Assembly (NCBI GenBank): GCA_045560945.1 | Contig: JBJKYR010000026.1 | Span: 1 to 46,924, forward strand | Source of the DNA: Alphaproteobacteria bacterium | GTDB lineage: Bacteria; Pseudomonadota; Alphaproteobacteria; HIMB59; GCA-002718135 | Length of the DNA: 46,924 bases | Direction of reading: 5' to 3' | Part shown: piece after piece, positions 19,325 to 27,583 of the stretch | Layout: the number at the start of each line of letters is the position of its first letter | How positions within the stretch are numbered: position 1 is the first letter of the stretch | Position numbers and translations under genes: made by a program | The notes under the pieces: generated by a model | What the model was told of the DNA's origin: nothing | The model's database searches: none | Seen by the model: only the letters and a program-made list of their open reading frames with translations

Positions 19325-20269
19325 ATGTCTGAAATTTTACAAATATCAAAAGTATCAAAAATATATAAAAATAAGTTTCAAGCATTAGATAATTTAACCT
19401 TAAGTATTAATGAAGGTGAAATATTTGCTTTATTAGGACCAAATGGTGCAGGTAAATCAACATTAATTAATACAGTCTGTGGTATTTTAAATTTTGATAA
19501 TGGTTATATTACAGTTAATAATTTTGATATTAAAAAACAATACCGAGAGGCAAGATCATTAATTGGTATCGTTCCTCAAGAATTAAATTTAGAGGCTTTT
19601 GAAACAGTTTGGAATAATGTTAATTATTCGAGAGGACTTTATGGCAAACCATCTAATCATGTGTATATCGAAAAATTATTAAAAGAACTCTCATTATGGG
19701 AGAAAAAAGATAATAAATTACGAGAATTATCAGGTGGAATGAAGAGAAGAGTTTTAATTGCAAAAGCATTGTCTCATGAGCCAAAAATACTTTTTTTGGA
19801 TGAACCAACAGCTTCTGTGGATGTAGAATTAAGAAAAGATATGTGGGAAGTTGTTAAACGGTTAAAAAAGAATGGTGTTACCATTATATTAACAACACAT
19901 TACATTGAAGAAGCAGAAGAAATTGCTGATAGAGTCGGAATTATAAACAATGGTAAAATAATTCTTGTAGATGAAAAAGAGAATTTGATTAAAAAATTAG
20001 GTCAAAAAATATTAAAAATTGAATTAGTTAACTCGATAAAAGAAATACCTAAAGATCTTAAAAATTTTAATTTAGAATTAAATCAAGAGAAGAATTCATT
20101 AACTTATATATATGATACTAAGGGTAAAAATACAGGCATAACATCTTTGCTATCAGAGATTAAGAATTTAGGGATACAACTAAAAGATATTAGTACAGAA
20201 CAAAGTTCACTTGAATCAATTTTTTTAAATTTAGTAAAGGAGTCTGAAAATGAATTGGATCGGGGTTAA
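19325..20269 (+). CDS. ABC-2 transporter ATP-binding protein (YadG-like)
   Basis: Walker A GPNGAGKST, signature LSGGMKRR, Walker B ILFLDEPT. Confidence 0.95.
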   Translation: MSEILQISKVSKIYKNKFQALDNLTLSINEGEIFALLGPNGAGKSTLINTVCGILNFDNGYITVNNFDIKKQYREARSLIGIVPQELNLEAFETVWNNVNYSRGLYGKPSNHVYIEKLLKELSLWEKKDNKLRELSGGMKRRVLIAKALSHEPKILFLDEPTASVDVELRKDMWEVVKRLKKNGVTIILTTHYIEEAEEIADRVGIINNGKIILVDEKENLIKKLGQKILKIELVNSIKEIPKDLKNFNLELNQEKNSLTYIYDTKGKNTGITSLLSEIKNLGIQLKDISTEQSSLESIFLNLVKESENELDRG

Positions 20270-21011
20270 ATCAATATACCTACATGAAATGGATAGAATG
20301 AGAAGGACATTATTCCAAAGTCTTATATCTCCGTTTATTTCTACTTCATTATATTTTGTTGTTTTTGGATCTGCAATAGGATCTAGAATTACAGAAATTG
20401 AAGGAATAAGTTATGGATCATTTATTGTTCCTGGTATGATAATGTTAACTATTCTTACTCAATCTATATCAAATGCATCCTTTGGAATTTTTTTTCCAAA
20501 ATTTACAAATACTGTTTATGAGTTATTAGCTGCGCCTCTCTCAAGCATAGAAATAATCTTAGGCTTTGTTGGAGCAGCGGCAACTAAATCATTGATTATT
20601 GGGACAATTATAATATGCACAGCAGGTCTTTTTGTTGATCTTCATATTGAACATCCTTTTATCATGATGTTCTTTTTAATTCTTACATCTGTGACATTTG
20701 CATTATTTGGTTTTCTTATAGGTATTTGGGCAGATAATTTTGAGAAACTACAACTTATTCCTATTTTAATTATTACTCCATTAGTATTCCTCGGTGGAAG
20801 TTTTTATAGCATTAATATGTTACCTGAGTTTTGGCAAAAAATCTCACTTCTTAATCCAGTTTTGTATCTTGTTAGTGGCTTTAGATGGAGCTTCTATGAA
20901 ATTGCTGATGTAAGTATAATAACAAGTTTAATAACAATTTTATTTTTTTTATTTTCATGTGTATTAATAATAAGTTATACTTTTGCAAAAGGATATAAAA
21001 TTAAAAATTAG
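20250..21011 (+). CDS. ABC-2 transporter permease (YadH-like)
   Basis: Six TM segments, with LYFVVFG, FIVPG, PLVFLGGSFY and NPVLY motifs. Confidence 0.92.
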   Translation: MNWIGVKSIYLHEMDRMRRTLFQSLISPFISTSLYFVVFGSAIGSRITEIEGISYGSFIVPGMIMLTILTQSISNASFGIFFPKFTNTVYELLAAPLSSIEIILGFVGAAATKSLIIGTIIICTAGLFVDLHIEHPFIMMFFLILTSVTFALFGFLIGIWADNFEKLQLIPILIITPLVFLGGSFYSINMLPEFWQKISLLNPVLYLVSGFRWSFYEIADVSIITSLITILFFLFSCVLIISYTFAKGYKIKN

Positions 21012-21023
21012 TCATTACAGATT

Positions 21024-21818
21024 GTGATTAAAAACTCTATTATTAAAGACTACAAAAAAAATGGTGTTGTAGTTTTACGTGATATTATTAGTAAAAAATG
21101 GATAAACATTCTTAAAAATGGTGTAAAAAAAAATTTTGAAAATCCAAGTAAATATAAATGTGTATATGAAAAAAATAATCAGAAAGAAATTTTTTATGAT
21201 GATTATTGTAATTGGAATAGAATAAAAGAATACAAACAATTTATATTTCAATCAAATATTTCTGAAGTCGCTAAAGAATTGATGCAATCTGTAAAGGTCA
21301 ATTTATTTCATGAACATGTTCTAGTTAAAGAAATTGGATCAAAAAAAAGAACGCCATGGCATCAAGATCAATCATATTATTGTGTAAATGGAAAAGATAA
21401 CTGTAGTTTTTGGATACCATTAGATGAAGTTAATAAATCATCCTCTCCTGAATTTGTTATTGGTTCTAATAATTGGAACAAGCAATTTCTACCTACTAAA
21501 TTCTTTGGGCATAGTTATGAGCAAAAAGATGGAGATTTTGAACACATACCAAACATAGAAAACAACAGAAAAAAATATAAAATTAAAAGTTGGAAAGTGA
21601 GTCCTGGAGACGCTGTTGTTTTTAATTTTTCTACAGTGCACGGTGCTCCAGAAAATAATTCAAAAAATAGACGTAGAGCTTTTTCTGTTAGATTTACTGG
21701 AGATGATGCTACTTATATTAAAAGAAAAGGTGAAATGTCTCCACCTTTTCCATATGTAAAATTAAAAAATGGAGATCCTTTGGACTCCAAAACTTTTCCA
21801 GTATTAATTTCTTCTTAA
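21024..21818 (+). CDS. PhyH family Fe(II)/2-oxoglutarate dioxygenase
   Basis: TPWHQD (HxD), WIPLD, PGDAVVF..VHGAPEN and RRRA motifs. Confidence 0.9.
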   Translation: MIKNSIIKDYKKNGVVVLRDIISKKWINILKNGVKKNFENPSKYKCVYEKNNQKEIFYDDYCNWNRIKEYKQFIFQSNISEVAKELMQSVKVNLFHEHVLVKEIGSKKRTPWHQDQSYYCVNGKDNCSFWIPLDEVNKSSSPEFVIGSNNWNKQFLPTKFFGHSYEQKDGDFEHIPNIENNRKKYKIKSWKVSPGDAVVFNFSTVHGAPENNSKNRRRAFSVRFTGDDATYIKRKGEMSPPFPYVKLKNGDPLDSKTFPVLISS

Positions 21819-22640
21819 ATAATAAATATAAGGTAGGGAAGTTGCATACATAATTAAACTGTAGGTTGCTGCAGGGATTAAATAAGCACCTCCATCAAAG
21901 AAAACATTCGCAACTACAATTGCTAGTGTTCCATTCTGAAGGCCACATTCAAGAGTAATGGCTTTTTGTTGAGATATATCAGAAATAAAAGATTTACTTA
22001 AATAATAAGCCAAAAGCATCATAACTATATTTAAAACGAGTGTAATTAATCCAGCCTCCGCAAAATATGCAACTACATTTTCTCTTTCTGCTAAAACCGC
22101 ACCTAATAAAACTAAGAAAAATAAAAAGGTTGATATTTTTTTTGCTAAATTTTCAAAGGAACTAATAAAGTTTTTTAATAACATACCTATTAAAACAGGA
22201 ATAGTTACTATTAAAAACATTTTTAATGCAATATCAATAAGTGAAATTCCTTCACTTGATAAATTAGTACCTAAAATAGATAATGAAATGCCTAAGATTA
22301 ATGGAATTGTAATTACGCTTAATATACTGATTACCGCTGTTAAAGATATTGATAAAGCTACGTCACCTTTAGCAAAAGAAGTTAAAATATTTGATGTTGC
22401 TCCACCTGGTGCAGCAGCAAGTATCATTACACCTATTGCTATCTCTGGAGATAATGGCCAAATATAAACAAGTATTAAAGCTACAATTGGCAAAAGGATT
22501 AACTGAGATATAAATCCTACAAAGAATTCTTTTGGTTTTATAAATATTCTTGTAAAATCAGAAATTGACAATCCAAGACCTAATGAAAACATTATAAATG
22601 CCAAAGCAATGGGTAAAACTACATCAGTTACAATATTCAT
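21804..22640 (-). CDS. Bile acid:sodium symporter (BASS) family transporter
   Basis: MFSLGLGL, APGGATSN, AKGDVALS and ECGLQNG motifs. Confidence 0.93.
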   Translation of the reverse strand: MNIVTDVVLPIALAFIMFSLGLGLSISDFTRIFIKPKEFFVGFISQLILLPIVALILVYIWPLSPEIAIGVMILAAAPGGATSNILTSFAKGDVALSISLTAVISILSVITIPLILGISLSILGTNLSSEGISLIDIALKMFLIVTIPVLIGMLLKNFISSFENLAKKISTFLFFLVLLGAVLAERENVVAYFAEAGLITLVLNIVMMLLAYYLSKSFISDISQQKAITLECGLQNGTLAIVVANVFFDGGAYLIPAATYSLIMYATSLPYIYYLRRN

Positions 22641-22717
22641 AATTCAAAATATCATTTGATTCTTCAAATAAATATAAAATTATCAAACATTTTTGTATAT
22701 AATGATATAAATTTTTA

Positions 22718-23446
22718 ATGTTTCCAAAGTTAGATAAATTAAATAAAAACAAAATAGCAGCTTGGGCAGTACATGGATTTACAGGTTCTGGCGCTGTTTT
22801 GGGGTTTTTAGCAATTATTGCTATTTTGAATAGTGATGCTGTAGGTGCGTTTTTATGGTTAGGATTAGCTTTGTTGATAGATGGTTTAGATGGAACTTTG
22901 GCGAGAAAAGTTAATGTTACTGAGCAAACACCTAATATTGATGGTACAATTTTAGATAGTGTCATTGATTATTTAAATTATGTAATCATTCCAAGTCTAA
23001 TGATTTACTGGTTTGGCATGGTTCCAGGAATATTAGAAATTATTCTACCCGCAGCTATTTTTTTAGTATCTCTTTTTACTTTTGCAAATCTTCAAATGAA
23101 AACTGAAGATTATTACTTTAGAGGCTTTCCAGCTGTATGGAATATTGTAGTATTATATTTTTTTATATTAGGGACACATGAGTACATAAATGCTGGGGTA
23201 ATAATTATTTGTTTATTTTTAACATTTGTTCCAATTAAATTTGTTCATCCCTTAAGAGTTAAAGAATTAAGAAATTTAACAATTTTTTTTACGATTATAT
23301 GGTCTGCCACAACTTTAAAATTAGTGACAACACCCTCCTCCAAAATTTTTATGATCGATAGTACTATCATCTTTATACTGTGGGTATTAACTTCTATATA
23401 TTTTGCTGTAATATGCTGGGGTCGCTCGATAAAAAAATATGAATAG
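22718..23446 (+). CDS. pcs: Phosphatidylcholine synthase
   Basis: [11 protein letters not shown] and the Pcs-type CDP-alcohol phosphotransferase motif DGLDGTLAR...[14 protein letters not shown]. Also FRGFPAVWN and FVHPLRV. Confidence 0.9.
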   Translation: MFPKLDKLNKNKIAAWAVHGFTGSGAVLGFLAIIAILNSDAVGAFLWLGLALLIDGLDGTLARKVNVTEQTPNIDGTILDSVIDYLNYVIIPSLMIYWFGMVPGILEIILPAAIFLVSLFTFANLQMKTEDYYFRGFPAVWNIVVLYFFILGTHEYINAGVIIICLFLTFVPIKFVHPLRVKELRNLTIFFTIIWSATTLKLVTTPSSKIFMIDSTIIFILWVLTSIYFAVICWGRSIKKYE

Positions 23447-24014
23447 TTTTTTGGAATCAATAATTAAAAGAGATCCTGCGGCAGGAAGTAAATTAAATGT
23501 TATTTTGAATTACCCAGGAGTGAAAGCTGTTTTCTTTCATTTTATTGCTAATAAACTTTGGAATATGAACTTAAAAATTATTGGAAGAATGGTATCTCAA
23601 TTTAGCCGATTTTTAACAGGTATAGAAATTCATCCAGCTGTTAAAATTGGAAAAAATTTTTTTATTGATCATGGTTTAGGTGTTGTATGTGGTGAAACAT
23701 CTGAGATAGGAAATAATGTAACTATTTATCATGGAGTAACTCTAGGAGGAATTTCTCCTGCAGAAAAATCATACGAACAAATAAATGTTAAAAGACATCC
23801 AACAATTTCAGATAATGTAATTATAGGTTCTGGAGCACATATCTTAGGTCCAATTAAAATTGGTAAAGGTGCAAGAATTGGAGCTAATACAGTAATACTT
23901 AAAGATGTTCCGGAATATGCAACTATGGTCGGTAATCCAGCTAAAAATATAAGTACAAATACAGATACGAGTTTTAAACCTTATGGTGTAAGAGACATTG
24001 ATGCTAACAAATAA
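23439..24014 (+). CDS. cysE: Serine O-acetyltransferase
   Basis: RDPAA, YPG, TGIEIHP, FFIDHG, HGVTLGG and KRHPT, with hexapeptide repeats. Confidence 0.95.
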   Translation: MNSFLESIIKRDPAAGSKLNVILNYPGVKAVFFHFIANKLWNMNLKIIGRMVSQFSRFLTGIEIHPAVKIGKNFFIDHGLGVVCGETSEIGNNVTIYHGVTLGGISPAEKSYEQINVKRHPTISDNVIIGSGAHILGPIKIGKGARIGANTVILKDVPEYATMVGNPAKNISTNTDTSFKPYGVRDIDANK

Positions 24015-24999
24015 TATTATTGATTTAATAGGCAACACTCCATTAATTAAACTTAAATATCCATCTGAAATAACGGGCTGTGAAATTTATGGAAAAGCTG
24101 AATTTCTTAATCCTGGTGGATCAATTAAAGACAGAACTGCACTTGGAATAATATTAGATGCTGAAAAAAATAATTTAATTGAACCAAATGGAATATGTGT
24201 TGAGGGGACTTTTGGCAATACTGGTATAGGCTTAACCCTTGTCAACAACGCCAAAGGTTACAAAACTGTTATAGTTATGCCAAATATAACCGCTCCATCA
24301 AAAAGAGATATATTAAAAAATATGGGAGCGGAACTACATTTAGTAGACCCTAAACCTTTTTCTGATCCAGGAAATTATCAGAGAGTCTCTGAAAAATTAG
24401 CAATAGAAATAGAAAAGGAGAGAGGTGTAAAAACATTTTGGGCAGGGCAATTTGAAAATATATCTAATTATAAATATCATGAAAAAACAACTTCTTCTGA
24501 AATTTTTAATCAAACTAATGGCAAAATTGATGGATTTACTTGTTCTATTGGAACTGGAGGAACGTTAACAGGAGTTGGAATTGGTCTAAAATCAAAAAAT
24601 AAAAATATTAAAATAGCCTGCACAGACTCACAAGGTTCATCCATGTACAATTATTTTACTAGAGGTAAGTTAGAAAAAAAAGGAGAACCTTCTTTTACTG
24701 AAGGCATAGGACAAGCAAGAATTACCAAAAATTTAGAAAACTGTTCAGTAGATATGGCATATTATGTTGATGACAAAGAATGCTTAGAAATACTTTATAA
24801 GTTAATAAAAACTGATGGCTTATTTCTTGGAACTAGTTCTGGAGTAAATGTGATGGGTGCAATTAAAATGGCGAAGGAATTAGGTCCAGGTAAAACAATA
24901 GTAACTATTCTATGTGATGATGCAAATAAATATTATGAAAAAATGTTTAATAAGAATTTTTTAAATGATAATAGTTTACCTATTCCAGATTGGTTATAA
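24001..24999 (+). CDS. cysK: Cysteine synthase family PLP enzyme (CysK or O-acetylserine-dependent cystathionine beta-synthase)
   Basis: [20 protein letters not shown] (PLP lysine), GTGGT and EGIG. ATG at 24001 is preferred over the TTG at 23998. Confidence 0.85.
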   Translation: MLTNNIIDLIGNTPLIKLKYPSEITGCEIYGKAEFLNPGGSIKDRTALGIILDAEKNNLIEPNGICVEGTFGNTGIGLTLVNNAKGYKTVIVMPNITAPSKRDILKNMGAELHLVDPKPFSDPGNYQRVSEKLAIEIEKERGVKTFWAGQFENISNYKYHEKTTSSEIFNQTNGKIDGFTCSIGTGGTLTGVGIGLKSKNKNIKIACTDSQGSSMYNYFTRGKLEKKGEPSFTEGIGQARITKNLENCSVDMAYYVDDKECLEILYKLIKTDGLFLGTSSGVNVMGAIKMAKELGPGKTIVTILCDDANKYYEKMFNKNFLNDNSLPIPDWL

Positions 25000-25001
25000 A
25001 T

Positions 25002-26162
25002 ATGGCACAAAAGAAAAGATTATTTAATACAAAAGTTATCCATAGTGGGCATAAAGAGGATAAAGAAACTGGTGCAGTAATGCCCCCAATTCATTTGTCT
25101 TCAACTTTTAAGCAGAAAAGTCCAGGTGATTTTAAGTATGAATATGCAAGGACTAACAATCCTACTAGAGAAATTTTAGAAAAATTATTAGCTGAAATAG
25201 AAGAAGGTAATCAAGCATTTGCTTTTTCATCGGGTATGGCTGCTATTAATTGTTTAACAGATGCTTTGGATAAAGATTTTCATATTATTTGTTCTGATGA
25301 TGTTTACGGAGGAACAAGAAGAATTTTTGATAAAGTTAAAAGTGTAAATCAAAATATTGAAATAACTTATACTGACTTTAATAAAGAAAATAATTGGCCT
25401 GGTTTAATTAAAAACAATACAAAAATGATTTGGATTGAGACTCCTTCAAATCCTCTCTTAAAAATAGTTGATATAAAAAAAATAAAATCTGAAATTTTTA
25501 ATGAAAATATAAAAATCGTTTGTGATAATACTTTTGCCTCTCCTTATAATCAACAACCATTAACTATTGGAGCTGATGTAGTATTGCATTCGTCAACAAA
25601 ATATCTTGGTGGTCATTCAGACTTAATTGGTGGTGCAATAGTTATTAAAGATGACCTAGAACTAATTGAAAAAATCAAATACTTACAAAATGCTGTTGGA
25701 TCAGTCCCCTCTCCTTTTGATTGTTATTTATTAATTCGTAGCATAAAAACCCTGGGTGTAAGAATGGAGAGACACAATTCGAATGCTATTTTAATTAGTG
25801 AATTTTTAAAAAATCATCCAAAGGTAAAAACAGTAAGATACCCTGGTTTAAAATCAGATCCTAATCATGAATTAGCAACATCACAGATGAATGGTTACGG
25901 AGGTATTATATCTATTGAATTAGATACAGACTTAAAGGGTACACTCAAATTTTTAGAAAATATAGAAATTTTTACTTTAGCTGAAAGTTTAGGAGGTGTC
26001 GAAAGTTTAATAGAACATCCAGCAATAATGACTCATGCTTCCATTAGTAAAAATATAAGAGATGAGCTTGGGATTAGTGATTCTCTGGTAAGATTGTCAA
26101 TTGGTATTGAAGATCCAGAAGATTTAAAAACTGCATTAGAGAATTCCTTAAATTTACTCTAA
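25002..26162 (+). CDS. Cystathionine gamma-lyase/gamma-synthase family enzyme
   Basis: YEYARTNNPTR, FSSGMAAI, DDVYGGT, ETPSNP, HSSTKYLGGHSD and AESLGGVESL. ATG at 25002 directly follows the cysK stop. Confidence 0.92.
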   Translation: MAQKKRLFNTKVIHSGHKEDKETGAVMPPIHLSSTFKQKSPGDFKYEYARTNNPTREILEKLLAEIEEGNQAFAFSSGMAAINCLTDALDKDFHIICSDDVYGGTRRIFDKVKSVNQNIEITYTDFNKENNWPGLIKNNTKMIWIETPSNPLLKIVDIKKIKSEIFNENIKIVCDNTFASPYNQQPLTIGADVVLHSSTKYLGGHSDLIGGAIVIKDDLELIEKIKYLQNAVGSVPSPFDCYLLIRSIKTLGVRMERHNSNAILISEFLKNHPKVKTVRYPGLKSDPNHELATSQMNGYGGIISIELDTDLKGTLKFLENIEIFTLAESLGGVESLIEHPAIMTHASISKNIRDELGISDSLVRLSIGIEDPEDLKTALENSLNLL

Positions 26163-26531
26163 TCCAATAATTTTTTTAATGTTTGGTTTAAAATAATTTG
26201 GTCCTTTCATTACCTTACCAGACTCATTGTAAATAGGTTTTCCATCATCTCCTAATTTACTCATATTTGAATTCTGAACTTCATTAAAGCAACTATCTAG
26301 GTCAACACCAAAAGAGTGCCCAGCTCCATATGTAACATAAAGTATATCAGTTAAAGCATCAGCTACTTCAATAATATCGTTATTATTAATAGCTTCCTTT
26401 AATTCATTTAATTCTTCCTGAATTAAATCTATCCTTAATTGAACAATTTTAGATTCAGGAAATTCGGGAGTATTTTTTACTTCCTGACCATAGGTATTCA
26501 TAAAATTTTTTACTTTATTAAAATTTGACAT
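26154..26531 (-). CDS. MazG-like all-alpha nucleoside triphosphate pyrophosphohydrolase
   Basis: LIQEELNEL, EVADALTDILYV, SNMSKLG and GKVMKGPNY. The likely start is 26531 or 26540 rather than the track's 26582. Confidence 0.88.
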   Translation of the reverse strand: MSNFNKVKNFMNTYGQEVKNTPEFPESKIVQLRIDLIQEELNELKEAINNNDIIEVADALTDILYVTYGAGHSFGVDLDSCFNEVQNSNMSKLGDDGKPIYNESGKVMKGPNYFKPNIKKIIGLE

Positions 26532-26550
26532 ATCACTCATTTCATTAAAA

Positions 26551-27579
26551 TTATTTATAAAAAATATCGTTAAATGTAACAAAAATAAATAAAAAAGATA
26601 TAATTGTTAATCCAGTTGTAATATAAATTCTAGTTACAAGTTCAGGAAGGGAATTTGCAAAAATCTTACTTATTATAAAGTAAACAATATGCCCTCCATC
26701 AAGAAGAGGAATGGGTAAAAGATTAAAAACACCTACAAATAAAGAAATTACAATAAATAAAAATATTACACCTCTTAGTTTATCTAACATCATTTGATCA
26801 GCCATTTTTACAATTCCTACTGGTCCAGCTAACTGTTCCTGTAGAGTATTATCTTGATAAGATTGCCTTAAAAAATTTATAGATGCTGAATAGTAAGTTG
26901 GAATGAATGATAAAGATTGTTGAATTGATTCATATAAATTAAATTGATCAATAACAGGTTCACTATTACTTGATATTCCTATAACAAATCTATTTATTTC
27001 TTGATTAAAATTTAGTTCAAAATTCTTTTCTATGAGTTCATTGTTTCTTTGAATTAATATTGAGATATATTTGCTATTACCTAATGCTTTAGGAATATCA
27101 CTAAATTCATATATTTGACTATCATTTACAGTAATAATAATATCATTAACTCGTAAATCATTTTCTTCAGCAGAAGAATTTTCTAAAACTTTACCTATTA
27201 TTGGAGCAAATGAAGCAATTCCAAAAAAAAAGAATATGCTAAACAAAGCTATCCATGCAGAGAATATATTAAAAAAACTACCAGCAAGCAGGATAAATAT
27301 TTTTTGATAAAGTTTTAATGATTGAAAAGAGCCAGGTTCTTGATTTTGTGTTTTTTGAAAAACTGAGTCAAGACCTTTAATTTTAACGTAACCTCCTAGA
27401 GGGATAGGTGAAATTTTCCAAACAGTATTATTTTTATCCGTGAATTTTATTAATGGTTTTCCAAAACCAATAGAAAAGTCGGTAACTTCAGCTTTAAATA
27501 TTCTTGCAAAAAGATAATGACCAAATTCATGTATAAATACAATAAATATAAAAACTAAAAGTAAATTTAAATAAATCAT
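26551..27579 (-). CDS. rseP: RIP metalloprotease RseP (M50, PDZ)
   Basis: HEFGH zinc motif, FSIGFG, PLGGYVK, a central PDZ-like region and NLLPIPLLDGG. Confidence 0.9.
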   Translation of the reverse strand: MIYLNLLLVFIFIVFIHEFGHYLFARIFKAEVTDFSIGFGKPLIKFTDKNNTVWKISPIPLGGYVKIKGLDSVFQKTQNQEPGSFQSLKLYQKIFILLAGSFFNIFSAWIALFSIFFFFGIASFAPIIGKVLENSSAEENDLRVNDIIITVNDSQIYEFSDIPKALGNSKYISILIQRNNELIEKNFELNFNQEINRFVIGISSNSEPVIDQFNLYESIQQSLSFIPTYYSASINFLRQSYQDNTLQEQLAGPVGIVKMADQMMLDKLRGVIFLFIVISLFVGVFNLLPIPLLDGGHIVYFIISKIFANSLPELVTRIYITTGLTIISFLFIFVTFNDIFYK

Positions 27580-27583
27580 TTAG

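Noticed and set aside
22624-24038. Minus-strand ORFs 22624-22965, 23245-23460 and 23844-24038
   Set aside because: Antisense to pcs and cysE, with no independent evidence.
26532-26582. N-terminal extension of the MazG-like ORF
   Set aside because: It overlaps the rseP 3' end. The family-like sequence begins at MSNFNKVK.
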